Assembly (NCBI GenBank): GCA_963748815.1
Contig: CAVVKJ010000005.1
Coordinates: 448,001 to 512,000, forward strand
Source: an uncultured Gemmatimonadales bacterium
GTDB lineage: Bacteria > Gemmatimonadota > Gemmatimonadetes > Gemmatimonadales > GWC2-71-9
Direction of reading: 5' to 3'
Length of the DNA: 64,000 nucleotides
This document shows positions 22,467 to 30,987 of the stretch, piece by piece. Within the stretch, counting starts at the first letter, position 1. Every line of letters begins with the position of its first letter. Below the pieces are notes generated by a model, which saw nothing but the letters and a program-made list of their open reading frames with translations, was not told the DNA's origin and did not search any database. The translations under genes were made by a program, and so were the position numbers.

Positions 22467-23567
22467 TCAGGTGGTCGCCGACCACTCCTCCAGCGCTGTC
22501 GTCCGCTTCAGTGCTTCGGGGTGCACCCGGAACCACGACATCAGCAGCAGGATCTCGTCGATCGCCTCGAGAGGGAGCGGCCCCGCCGCCGGTTCCTCGC
22601 GCGCCAGCTCCTCCTTGACCACCGCTCCGAACGCAATCCGCTCGATCGGCGTCGTCGGGTAGGGAAAGCAGGCGCGCACCGTTCCGCGCCGAATGAGGTA
22701 AGCCCGGTCGTCGCCAAACACGCCCGGATCCCGGTAGATGAAGGTGAGCAGGTCCACTGCGGCCCGGGAACGCGCCGTCGCAGCCAGTAGCCATTCCAGT
22801 TGTTCGAATCGCTCCCGCCACTTGGCGGCCCGCTCGTAATCCCGCGCGACCGCGGCGTCCTGCATGGAGGATATGGCGCGGTCGATCGGCTGCACCGTCC
22901 GGCCTTCGAGAAACGCGGCAGCCGTCTCGATCCGGCGGTGGTAGTCCACCTCGCTGACCAGCCCGGCGCAGGGGCCGGTGCACTGCCCGAGTTCGTGCCG
23001 GTGACAGGCCGCCTGGGTGGCGGCGACAAAGAGGTCTCCCTGGTCCGCAAAGACGATCGGCATGCGTGCTTCGCAGTCGCGCAGGCCGAGCAGATCGTTC
23101 AGGACGCGGAGCGCCTCCTCCACCCGCCCGCGAGAGCGAAAGGGGCCGTACACCCGGCCGTCCTGCCGTCCGATCGTCGCGCCCTGGTAGACCTTGGGCG
23201 CCGGCGAGTCGAGAATTTTCACGAATACGGCCCGCCGGGTCCGGTTCATGGCCACGTTGAACGGCGGGCGGAACTGCCGGATCTGCCGGAGCTCGCCGAG
23301 GCAGGCGGCGAAGTCGCTGTGCACGTAATCCCAGGAGATGTCGCCGGCGGCGTGGAGTATCCGCGCCGCCTTGTCCTCCGGGAAGCTGGCACGGAAGTAG
23401 GTCATGAGCCGGGCGCGGAGTCGTTTCGCCTTGCCCACGTACAACAACCGCCCCGCCGGGTCCGTCATCCGGTACACCGCCGGCCGGTTCTCGGCGACCA
23501 GGCGCACCCGCTCCCGGAGGGCGCCGAGGTCGGTGGAGGCGAGGGGGAGGGCAGCGAGCTGCGACAT
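22467..23567 (-). CDS. UvrC N-terminal-like (Cho-like) GIY-YIG endonuclease
   Basis: PAVYRM...YVGKAKRLRARL, RPPFN, four-Cys cluster, UVR motif (AAVARDYERAAKWRE); 366 aa, no UvrC C-terminal half. Confidence 0.85.
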   Translation of the reverse strand: MSQLAALPLASTDLGALRERVRLVAENRPAVYRMTDPAGRLLYVGKAKRLRARLMTYFRASFPEDKAARILHAAGDISWDYVHSDFAACLGELRQIRQFRPPFNVAMNRTRRAVFVKILDSPAPKVYQGATIGRQDGRVYGPFRSRGRVEEALRVLNDLLGLRDCEARMPIVFADQGDLFVAATQAACHRHELGQCTGPCAGLVSEVDYHRRIETAAAFLEGRTVQPIDRAISSMQDAAVARDYERAAKWRERFEQLEWLLAATARSRAAVDLLTFIYRDPGVFGDDRAYLIRRGTVRACFPYPTTPIERIAFGAVVKEELAREEPAAGPLPLEAIDEILLLMSWFRVHPEALKRTTALEEWSATT

Positions 23568-24391
23568 CAGACCTGGCAGCGGTGACAGAAGACAGTGATG
23601 CGGGCGTCGAGCGCATGGGTGCCGGCGAGGGTCGTGCCGCAATGGACGCAGGGCTCCCCTTCGCGGCCGTACACCAGGTGCGAGAGCTGGAACCTGCCCT
23701 GCTCGCCGGTGCCGGTCCGGTAGTCCCGGACCGTGCTGCCCCGGCCCGACACCGCCGCCGACAGAATTCGATCCAGCTCCCGGTGCAGCGCCTCCCACTC
23801 CGGTGGCGACAGCCGCACCGCTTCGCGGGAGGGATCGATGCCGGCGGCAAAGAGCGCCTCGTTCGCGTAGATGTTGCCCACGCCGGCCAGGAGCCTCTGG
23901 TCCATCAGCGCCTTCTTGATCGATTGCCTGGTCCGGCCCAGCGCCGAGCGCATCGTATCGGACGTGAATCCTTCGGCCAGCGGCTCCGGCCCGATGGCGG
24001 CGTCATAGTCGGCCCACCCCTTGGCGTCGAGCCAGAGGAGGGTGCCGAGCCGCCGCACGTCGCGATAGACCAGGGTGCGCCCGTCGTCCAGCTCGGCGCG
24101 GAGCACCGCGTACCGGGCCTCCTGGCCCTCCAGAGGGCCCTTGTGCACCAGGAGGGCCCCGGTCATTCCCGGCTGCACGACGAGGCGGCGCCCGCCCAGC
24201 ACGAAGATCGCGTGCTTGGCGCGGCGGAAGAGGTCCTCGATCCGGGCGCCGGCCAGTCCACGGAGCAGCGTGGGGCGGGTGACGCCCCGCAGGACATCGG
24301 TGTGGGAGAGGGCGGCGCGCACGATGGTCCGGCCCAGGACCGCGGGCCGGATGTCGCGCACGATGGTTTCGACTTCGGGAAGTTCAGGCAC
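23567..24391 (-). CDS. mutM: formamidopyrimidine-DNA glycosylase
   Basis: PELPEVET N-terminus, RRAK, GVGNIYANE H2TH, C-terminal CxxC...CxxCQ finger. Confidence 0.96.
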   Translation of the reverse strand: MPELPEVETIVRDIRPAVLGRTIVRAALSHTDVLRGVTRPTLLRGLAGARIEDLFRRAKHAIFVLGGRRLVVQPGMTGALLVHKGPLEGQEARYAVLRAELDDGRTLVYRDVRRLGTLLWLDAKGWADYDAAIGPEPLAEGFTSDTMRSALGRTRQSIKKALMDQRLLAGVGNIYANEALFAAGIDPSREAVRLSPPEWEALHRELDRILSAAVSGRGSTVRDYRTGTGEQGRFQLSHLVYGREGEPCVHCGTTLAGTHALDARITVFCHRCQV

Positions 24392-24415
24392 GCCTGATCG
24401 GCCCCGTCTCCGACG

Positions 24416-24775
24416 TCACGGGTTGACGGTGATCGTTCCCACCATGGTGGGGTGGATGGAGCAATGATAGGCGTAGATGCCGGGGGTGTCGAAGGCGAAT
24501 GTGTACGTGCCCCCCTGCCCCAGCGCGGCCGAGCCGAACACGCCGTTCTCCTCGGTCACCGTGTGGTCGATGTTGTCGTTGTTTCGCCACTTGACGGACT
24601 GCTTGGCAGCCAGGCTGATGGTCAAATCGGGGGGAGCGTAGGCGTTGGCGCCGAGGCCGGACGCGCCGGTGACGATCAACACATCCGCTGGTGCCGCGAT
24701 GGGAGGGCTTGTGGAGTCCTCTCCCCCACAGGCGAGCAGGAGTAAGGTGGCGAGCGCCAGGGGAGCAATTCGCAT
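24416..24775 (-). CDS. cupredoxin (plastocyanin/amicyanin-like) lipoprotein
   Basis: Lipobox LLAC; HTV and YHCSIHPTM type-1 Cu ligands; GGAGG RBS. Confidence 0.85.
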   Translation of the reverse strand: MRIAPLALATLLLLACGGEDSTSPPIAAPADVLIVTGASGLGANAYAPPDLTISLAAKQSVKWRNNDNIDHTVTEENGVFGSAALGQGGTYTFAFDTPGIYAYHCSIHPTMVGTITVNP

Positions 24776-24846
24776 GGGGACCTCCAGAGAGGTGGAGCCG
24801 CTGTCGAATGCTAAAGTGACGATCCAATCGGGGATAGCCCCACCGG

Positions 24847-26154
24847 TCAGGCCTCCCCTCCCCGCGTTCCTGCGTCCCCGCCCGCCTGCCGCCGGGCTTC
24901 CCGCCATCCGATATCGCGGCGCCACAGTTTTCCGTCGAAGGCGATGGCCTCGGCCCCGGCCCGGCTCCCGGCCTGGGCCGCCGCGAAGGTGGGCGCCACC
25001 GCCGTCACGTTCAGCACGCGGCCTCCCGCGACCCGAAGCACACCCGACGGATCGACGGCGGTGCCGGCGTGGAAGACGGTCACCCCCTCCGGGAGTGCGG
25101 CCGGCAACGTGATCGCCGCCCCTTTCTCGGGGGCATCCGGATAGCCACGGGCGGCCAGCACCGTCGTGACGGAGGCGCCTGGCCGCACGCGCAGCTGGCC
25201 GGCGGGCTTCCTCTCGGCCACGCGGACCAGGGCATCCGTGAGGCCCCCTTCCAGCATCGGCAGGACGACCTGCGTTTCGGGATCACCGAACCGGCAGTTG
25301 AACTCCACCACGAACGGCGCGCCGTCCGGGCTCACCATGATCCCGGCGTACAGGCACCCTTCGAAGCGCGCACCGCGGCGCTCGAGTTCGGCGAGGGCCG
25401 GGACCATGACGTCCTTCCGGATCCGTTCCAGCAGCGCGGGGGTCGCGGGAGTGACGGGCGCGTAGGCGCCCATGCCGCCGGTGTTCGGTCCGGTGTCTCC
25501 CTCACCGAGTCGTTTGTGGTCCTGCGACGCGGGGAGGAGCGTGACCTCCTCGCCGTTGGTGAGGCCGAGCACCGAGAGTTCCTCGCCCACGAGGAACGCC
25601 TCGATGACCACGGTCCGGCCGGCGTCGCCGAAGCGCCCCTCTCCCAGCATTGCCCGCACCGCGGCCGACGCCTCACGCCGGGTGGCACAGACGATTGCCC
25701 CCTTCCCGGCGGCCAGGCCGGAGGCCTTCACGACCAGTGGCTCGGCGTGCGCGTCGATGTAGGCGAGCGCCTGGGCCAGGTCCGAACAGGTGTGGCTGGC
25801 CGCGGTCGGGATCCCGGCCGACTCCATCACATCCTTGGAGAACGCCTTGGAAGCCTCGATCGCTGCCGCCGCGGCGGAGGGACCGAACACCAGACGCCCG
25901 CGTGCCCGGAGGCGGTCGGCAAGGCCGAGCGCCAGCGGGACTTCGGGTCCGATGATGGTGAGATCGAAGGCGCCTGACACCGCCGCCTCGGTGAGGCGGT
26001 CGATGTGGTCGGCGGGAATCGGGAGGAGGGTGGCGAGAGCGGCGAGCCCGGGGTTGCCTGGGGCGGCACTGAGTCGGACGGCGGGGTTTTCACGGTGCAG
26101 CGCCCAGGCGATGGCGTGCTCCCGGCCCCCGCCGCCGACGATCAGGACCTTCAC
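24847..26154 (-). CDS. purD: phosphoribosylamine-glycine ligase
   Basis: GGGGREHA, APGNPG, KASGLAAGKG, QDHKR, GPNTGGMG, EFNCRFGDPETQ. Confidence 0.96.
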   Translation of the reverse strand: MKVLIVGGGGREHAIAWALHRENPAVRLSAAPGNPGLAALATLLPIPADHIDRLTEAAVSGAFDLTIIGPEVPLALGLADRLRARGRLVFGPSAAAAAIEASKAFSKDVMESAGIPTAASHTCSDLAQALAYIDAHAEPLVVKASGLAAGKGAIVCATRREASAAVRAMLGEGRFGDAGRTVVIEAFLVGEELSVLGLTNGEEVTLLPASQDHKRLGEGDTGPNTGGMGAYAPVTPATPALLERIRKDVMVPALAELERRGARFEGCLYAGIMVSPDGAPFVVEFNCRFGDPETQVVLPMLEGGLTDALVRVAERKPAGQLRVRPGASVTTVLAARGYPDAPEKGAAITLPAALPEGVTVFHAGTAVDPSGVLRVAGGRVLNVTAVAPTFAAAQAGSRAGAEAIAFDGKLWRRDIGWREARRQAGGDAGTRGGEA

Positions 26155-27179
26155 GCGCTCGAGCCGCGCTTCTGCGCGTTGCGAAACGCCTCGGCGGCCT
26201 TGGTGGCGGTGCTCCGGACGGCCTCGCCGACCTGCTGGCCGAAGTCCTTGGCGGCATCGGCGTAGTACTCCTTGGCGTCCTTCCAGTGCTCGCCGAGCGG
26301 GCGCTGGTCCTCCGGGCTTCCGCGACGGACATACTCGCCGGCCAGGATCCGCTCGTAGTCGCCCGCCGCCACCCACTTCTGGACCTCGGCGGCGCGCACC
26401 GTGTGCATCGGGTGCGTCACGCCGAGGGTGTGGAGCACCTTGTAGACGATGTCGAGACCCTCGTTGGTGTTGACGTACTCGTGGGCCTGCGCCATGAAGG
26501 CGTCGAGGTTCAGGTCGGCGTCGGTGAAGAAGTCGCCGCGCCCGCCGCCCGCCATCTTCAGGTCGAGGCGCTGTGCCACCATGACATCCTGCACGCCGAG
26601 GAGCCCGGCGCGGTCGGCGGAGAGCTCCGCTTTCCGGCTCCATTCCAGGAACGCCAGCTTCACCGGCAGCAGGGCGATGCCCGCGAACATCGGCAGGGCG
26701 CCGAGACTGACCAGCGCGAGGATGGCGGCGATGGTCCGGTACAGGGCGTGGCCGCTCATCACATGCCCGAGTTCATGGGCGAGGAGGGTCAGGATCTCGT
26801 CCTCGTCGAGAATCTCGAGGGCGGCGGAGTGGAGCACGATGAAGGGGTCGTCGACGCCATACGCGCCGGCGTTGAAGATTGGCGTCTGGGTGACGTACAC
26901 CTCGGGAATCTTGTCCCACCCGAAGGTGGCGCAGTTCTCGACGTGCATGTGCCAGAGCCGGGGGAACTGGGTCGGGCCGACCCGGACGGCGTTGGCCTGG
27001 AAGAGCAGGCGGATCCCGCGTTCGCCGCCGAGGAGGGCCAGGATCTTCCGGATGACCTCGTCGACTCCCGGCAGGGCACGGAGCGCCTGGAGGGCCGCCC
27101 GGTCGGCGGGATGCTCCCAGCTCACGGGAGCGATGTCTGGCAGCGTGCGGCGGGGCCGCGGGGCGGGCAGGTTCGACAT
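26151..27179 (-). CDS. M48-family zinc metallopeptidase
   Basis: AHELGH, ELSADRAG, THP motifs. Confidence 0.88.
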   Translation of the reverse strand: MSNLPAPRPRRTLPDIAPVSWEHPADRAALQALRALPGVDEVIRKILALLGGERGIRLLFQANAVRVGPTQFPRLWHMHVENCATFGWDKIPEVYVTQTPIFNAGAYGVDDPFIVLHSAALEILDEDEILTLLAHELGHVMSGHALYRTIAAILALVSLGALPMFAGIALLPVKLAFLEWSRKAELSADRAGLLGVQDVMVAQRLDLKMAGGGRGDFFTDADLNLDAFMAQAHEYVNTNEGLDIVYKVLHTLGVTHPMHTVRAAEVQKWVAAGDYERILAGEYVRRGSPEDQRPLGEHWKDAKEYYADAAKDFGQQVGEAVRSTATKAAEAFRNAQKRGSSA

Positions 27180-27209
27180 GTGATGAGCCTGGTTAAGGGA
27201 TCCCGCCCT

Positions 27210-27236
27210 TACGCCGGGCGAGCCCTGCTTGTTTCA
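27210..27236 (-). promoter_or_regulatory. SigW-type ECF promoter
   Basis: TGAAAC-N17-CGTA, 30 nt upstream of the M48 peptidase start. Confidence 0.65.
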
Positions 27237-27258
27237 GAATGCTACAGGGCGGCCGCCC

Positions 27259-28425
27259 TCAGGCACTCAAGGCCTGGTCGAGGTCGGCGAGGAGGTCCTC
27301 CACGTCCTCAATCCCGCAGCTCAACCGGAGCAGGGAGTCGGTCAGCCCCATCGCGTCCCGCATCGCCGGCGGAACCGAGGCGTGAGTCATGCTCGCCGGA
27401 TGTCCCATCAGGCTCTCGACCCCGCCCAGCGACTCGGCGAGGACGAAAATCCGGGTCCGCTCGGCAATCCGGCGGGCACGGGCCGCATCGCCGACGTCGA
27501 ACGAAATCATCCCGCCGAACCCGCTCATCTGCCGCTTGGCCAGCTCGTGCTGCGGATGGGAGGCGAGGCCCGGGTAATAGACCCGCTGAACGTCCTTGCG
27601 GCCCTCCAGCCACTGTGCGACGGCCCGGCCGTTCGCGTCGTGTTGCCGCATTCGAAGCGGGAGGGTCTTGGTTCCGCGGAGCGCGAGGAAACAGTCCATC
27701 GGCCCCGGCACCGCGCCGGCGGCGTTCTGGATGAACCCGAACTGTTCGGCGAGATCGTCGCGCCGAGTGAGCAGGAGTCCCCCCACCATGTCGCTGTGGC
27801 CGTTGAGGTATTTCGTGGTGCTGTGGAGGACGACGTCGGCGCCGACTTCGAGCGGGCGCTGGAAGACCGGTGTGGCGAAGGTGTTGTCCACGGCGAAGAG
27901 GTAGCCGTGTGCCGTGGTCAAATCGCCGACGGCGGCGAGGTCGGTGAGCTGCATCATCGGGTTGGTGGGCGTCTCGCAGTAGATCATCCGGGTCTCGGGC
28001 CGGAGCGCGGCCTCGATGTTCCGGATGTCACGGCTGTCCACGAAGCTGAATCGGAGCCCGAACCGGGTGTAGATCCGCTCCATCAACCGGTGGCTGCCGC
28101 CGTAGAGATTTTCGCCGCAGACCACGTGGTCGCCGCTCTTCAGGACCTTGAGCAGCACGTCGAGCGCCGCCAGCCCCGACCCGTAGGCGAAGCCATGCGT
28201 GGCGCCCTCGAGGGCGGCCACGTTGCGCTCCAGCGCCTGGCGGGTCGGATTGTCGGTGCGCGCGTACTCGTAGCCCTTGTGCCGGCCGATCCCCTCCTGC
28301 ACGTAGGTGGAGGTCTGGTAGATGGGAGTCATGACCGCGCCCGAGAGCGGTTCCGGAACCTGACCGGCGTGTACGGCCCTGGTTCCCAGCCCTGATTCGA
28401 GGTCGTGCGGGAGAATCTGTGTCAT
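27259..28425 (-). CDS. cystathionine gamma-synthase/gamma-lyase (PLP)
   Basis: PIYQTSTY, YARTDNPT, ETPTNP, VDNTF, HSTTKYLNGHSD, ESLGGVES. Confidence 0.93.
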   Translation of the reverse strand: MTQILPHDLESGLGTRAVHAGQVPEPLSGAVMTPIYQTSTYVQEGIGRHKGYEYARTDNPTRQALERNVAALEGATHGFAYGSGLAALDVLLKVLKSGDHVVCGENLYGGSHRLMERIYTRFGLRFSFVDSRDIRNIEAALRPETRMIYCETPTNPMMQLTDLAAVGDLTTAHGYLFAVDNTFATPVFQRPLEVGADVVLHSTTKYLNGHSDMVGGLLLTRRDDLAEQFGFIQNAAGAVPGPMDCFLALRGTKTLPLRMRQHDANGRAVAQWLEGRKDVQRVYYPGLASHPQHELAKRQMSGFGGMISFDVGDAARARRIAERTRIFVLAESLGGVESLMGHPASMTHASVPPAMRDAMGLTDSLLRLSCGIEDVEDLLADLDQALSA

Positions 28426-28523
28426 GGATCACACCGGTTGAGGTGGAGGAACCTTATGGGGGAGAAGGCGTTGCGGCAAGGCATCGCGTTGAGAATTGCC
28501 CCCGGCGGCCGTACCTTCCACCT

Positions 28524-29579
28524 GTGCCGGACAACCCGCAGCTCACCGCTTCTCACCCTGCCGCGCAATGCCTGGTCGTCGACGACGATGCGCAGGTTCG
28601 TGACGCGCTGGTGCGTGTCATCCAGTCCCAGGGCCTCTCCTGTGTCTCGGCCGCCTCCGCCGACGCGGCGCTCGCCCGGCTCGAGGCGCAGGGCGAGGTG
28701 GCGGTGCTCATCAGCGACATCCGGATGCCGGGGACCGACGGGGTGGCGCTGCTGGAGGAAGTGCGCCGGCGCTACCCCGACACCGCGGTGATCATGCTGA
28801 GCGCCGTGGCCGACGTTCAGATTGCCGTGGACTGCCTGAAGAAGGGGGCGCTCGACTACATCGCCAAGCCGATGATCCTCGGCGAGGTCCAGGTCCGGGT
28901 GACGAAGGCCCTCGAGAAGCGGGAGCTCACGCTCCAGAACCGGTATTACCAGCGCCATCTGGAGGAGGAGGTGCGCCGCCAGCGCATCCGGATCCAGGAG
29001 CTCTTTCTCGAGGGCGCCCAGACGCTGGCGCACGCGCTCGAAGCGAAGGACGCGTACACGCGCGGGCACTCGCAGCGGGTGCGCGAGTATGCCGTCCGCA
29101 CCGCCGTGCTGCTCGGCTACACCGGGGAGTTTCTCGACGACATCCGGCTCGGTGCGGAACTCCACGACATCGGCAAGATCGGGACGCGCGAGGTGATTCT
29201 GAACAAGCCCGCCCGCCTCACGCCCGACGAGTTTCGGCACGTCATGGAGCACACCGTGCTTGGCGAGAAAATCCTCGCCCCGCTCGCGCACGACCGGCCG
29301 GTCGTCCTGAACATCGCTCGGTCTCACCATGAGCGGCTCGACGGCGACGGGTTCCCCGACGGACTCCGCGGGGAACGCATCCCGATGGAGGCGCGCATCG
29401 TGGCCGTGGTGGACGCCTTCGACGCGATGACCACCAACCGGGCCTATCGGGAATCACTGTTGCCTCGCGATGCCTACGAAGAGCTCCGGCGCTGCGCCGG
29501 GCTCCAATTCGAGCCGACGGTGGTCGAGGCGTTCTGCACCGCCTTCCCCGATCCGGCCAAGCTTCCCATCCACGTTTGA
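28524..29579 (+). CDS. response regulator with HD-GYP phosphodiesterase domain
   Basis: REC (VVDDD, SDIRMPG, AKP) plus YTRGHS, HDIGK, HHERLDGDGFP, DAFDAMT; start uncertain. Confidence 0.9.
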   Translation: MPDNPQLTASHPAAQCLVVDDDAQVRDALVRVIQSQGLSCVSAASADAALARLEAQGEVAVLISDIRMPGTDGVALLEEVRRRYPDTAVIMLSAVADVQIAVDCLKKGALDYIAKPMILGEVQVRVTKALEKRELTLQNRYYQRHLEEEVRRQRIRIQELFLEGAQTLAHALEAKDAYTRGHSQRVREYAVRTAVLLGYTGEFLDDIRLGAELHDIGKIGTREVILNKPARLTPDEFRHVMEHTVLGEKILAPLAHDRPVVLNIARSHHERLDGDGFPDGLRGERIPMEARIVAVVDAFDAMTTNRAYRESLLPRDAYEELRRCAGLQFEPTVVEAFCTAFPDPAKLPIHV

Positions 29580-29605
29580 CGCCCGCCTCCGGCGGGGGAT
29601 CTGCA

Positions 29606-30970
29606 ATGAGCGACACCCTGATGGTCAGCGTTTCCGGCATGCGAGGCATCGTCGGCAAGGACCTCACCCCCGAGCTGGTGGCACGCCACGCCGCCGCCCT
29701 CGGCGCGTGGGCGGCCGCCGGCGGAAAGCCGCGGGTGGTGCTCGGGCGGGACGCGCGCACCAGCGGGCCGATGTTCGCCCGCGCCGCCACGGCCGGCCTG
29801 ATGTCGGTCGGCGTTGAGGTGATCGACATCGGGGTCGTCCCCACGCCGACCCTCCAGTTGGCGGTGGAGCACCACCACGCCGGCGCCGGCCTGATGCTCA
29901 CCGCCAGCCACAACCCGGTCGAGTGGAACGCGCTCAAGCTGGTCGGGCCGGACGGGATCTTTCTCGATGCCGACTCGGGTGCGGCGGTCCGGGCGCTGGC
30001 GGAACGGGGCCCGGCGCGCGCCGCCTGGGACGGGGTCGGCGAGGTGCGGGAAGACCCCGAGGCGATCGCCCGTCACCTCCAGCAGGTGCTGGAGCTCCCC
30101 ATGATCGATGTCGCGCGGATCCGGGCACGACGCTTTCACGTGGCGCTCGACTGTGTCCGGGGGGCAGGCGGCACCTCCATCCCGCCCCTGCTCGAGTCCC
30201 TCGGCTGCCGGGTGACCGCCATCAACCTCGAGACCGATGGCCGGTTTCCGCGCGCTCCCGAACCGCTCCCGGAAAACCTGGGTGACCTCTCGCGCCTGGT
30301 GCGCGAGTCCGGCGCCGACATCGGCATGGCCGTGGACCCGGATGTCGACCGCCTCGCCCTCGTGGATGAGCGGGGCGACCCGATCGGCGAGGACTACACC
30401 CTGTCGTTCGCCGTCCGGGCGGTGCTCCGCGGTTTGGAGGCCGCGGCCGAGAAGCCGGCGGTCGTCGTGAACCTGTCGACCAGCCTGGTGGTGGAGGACG
30501 CCGCCCGCGAGCATGGTGCCCGGTTCTTCCGGGCGCCGGTCGGGGAGGCGAACGTCGCCCGGATGATCGAGGACGAGGGGGCCGTCGTGGGCGGGGAAGG
30601 CAACGGCGGCGTGATCCTGCCCTCGGTGCACATCGGGCGGGATGCCCCGATCGGGGTGGCCCTTATCTTGCAACTTCTGGTCGAGTCCGGGCAGACGGTC
30701 TCCGCGCTGGTCGGTGCCGCGCCCCGCTATCACATTGTCAAAGCGAAGGCTCCGCGTGGTGCGGACCTTGCCCCCGCCTACCAGGCGCTGCGGAAGCGTT
30801 TCGCAGATGCCACGGTGGACGATCGCGACGGATTGCGGCTGTCGTGGCCGGATCGGTGGGTCCACCTGCGGCCGTCGGGCACCGAGCCGATCATTCGGTT
30901 CATCGCCGAGGCGCCCACCGCCGCCGATGCGGAATCGCTGATTCAGGCCTGCCGGTCGCTGGTGAGCTGA
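29606..30970 (+). CDS. glmM: phosphoglucosamine mutase (phosphohexomutase family)
   Basis: TASHNP, DPDVDR, GGEGNGG, RPSGTEP; adjacent to glmS. Confidence 0.8.
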   Translation: MSDTLMVSVSGMRGIVGKDLTPELVARHAAALGAWAAAGGKPRVVLGRDARTSGPMFARAATAGLMSVGVEVIDIGVVPTPTLQLAVEHHHAGAGLMLTASHNPVEWNALKLVGPDGIFLDADSGAAVRALAERGPARAAWDGVGEVREDPEAIARHLQQVLELPMIDVARIRARRFHVALDCVRGAGGTSIPPLLESLGCRVTAINLETDGRFPRAPEPLPENLGDLSRLVRESGADIGMAVDPDVDRLALVDERGDPIGEDYTLSFAVRAVLRGLEAAAEKPAVVVNLSTSLVVEDAAREHGARFFRAPVGEANVARMIEDEGAVVGGEGNGGVILPSVHIGRDAPIGVALILQLLVESGQTVSALVGAAPRYHIVKAKAPRGADLAPAYQALRKRFADATVDDRDGLRLSWPDRWVHLRPSGTEPIIRFIAEAPTAADAESLIQACRSLVS

Positions 30971-30987
30971 ACCGAGGGAGTGGGACT

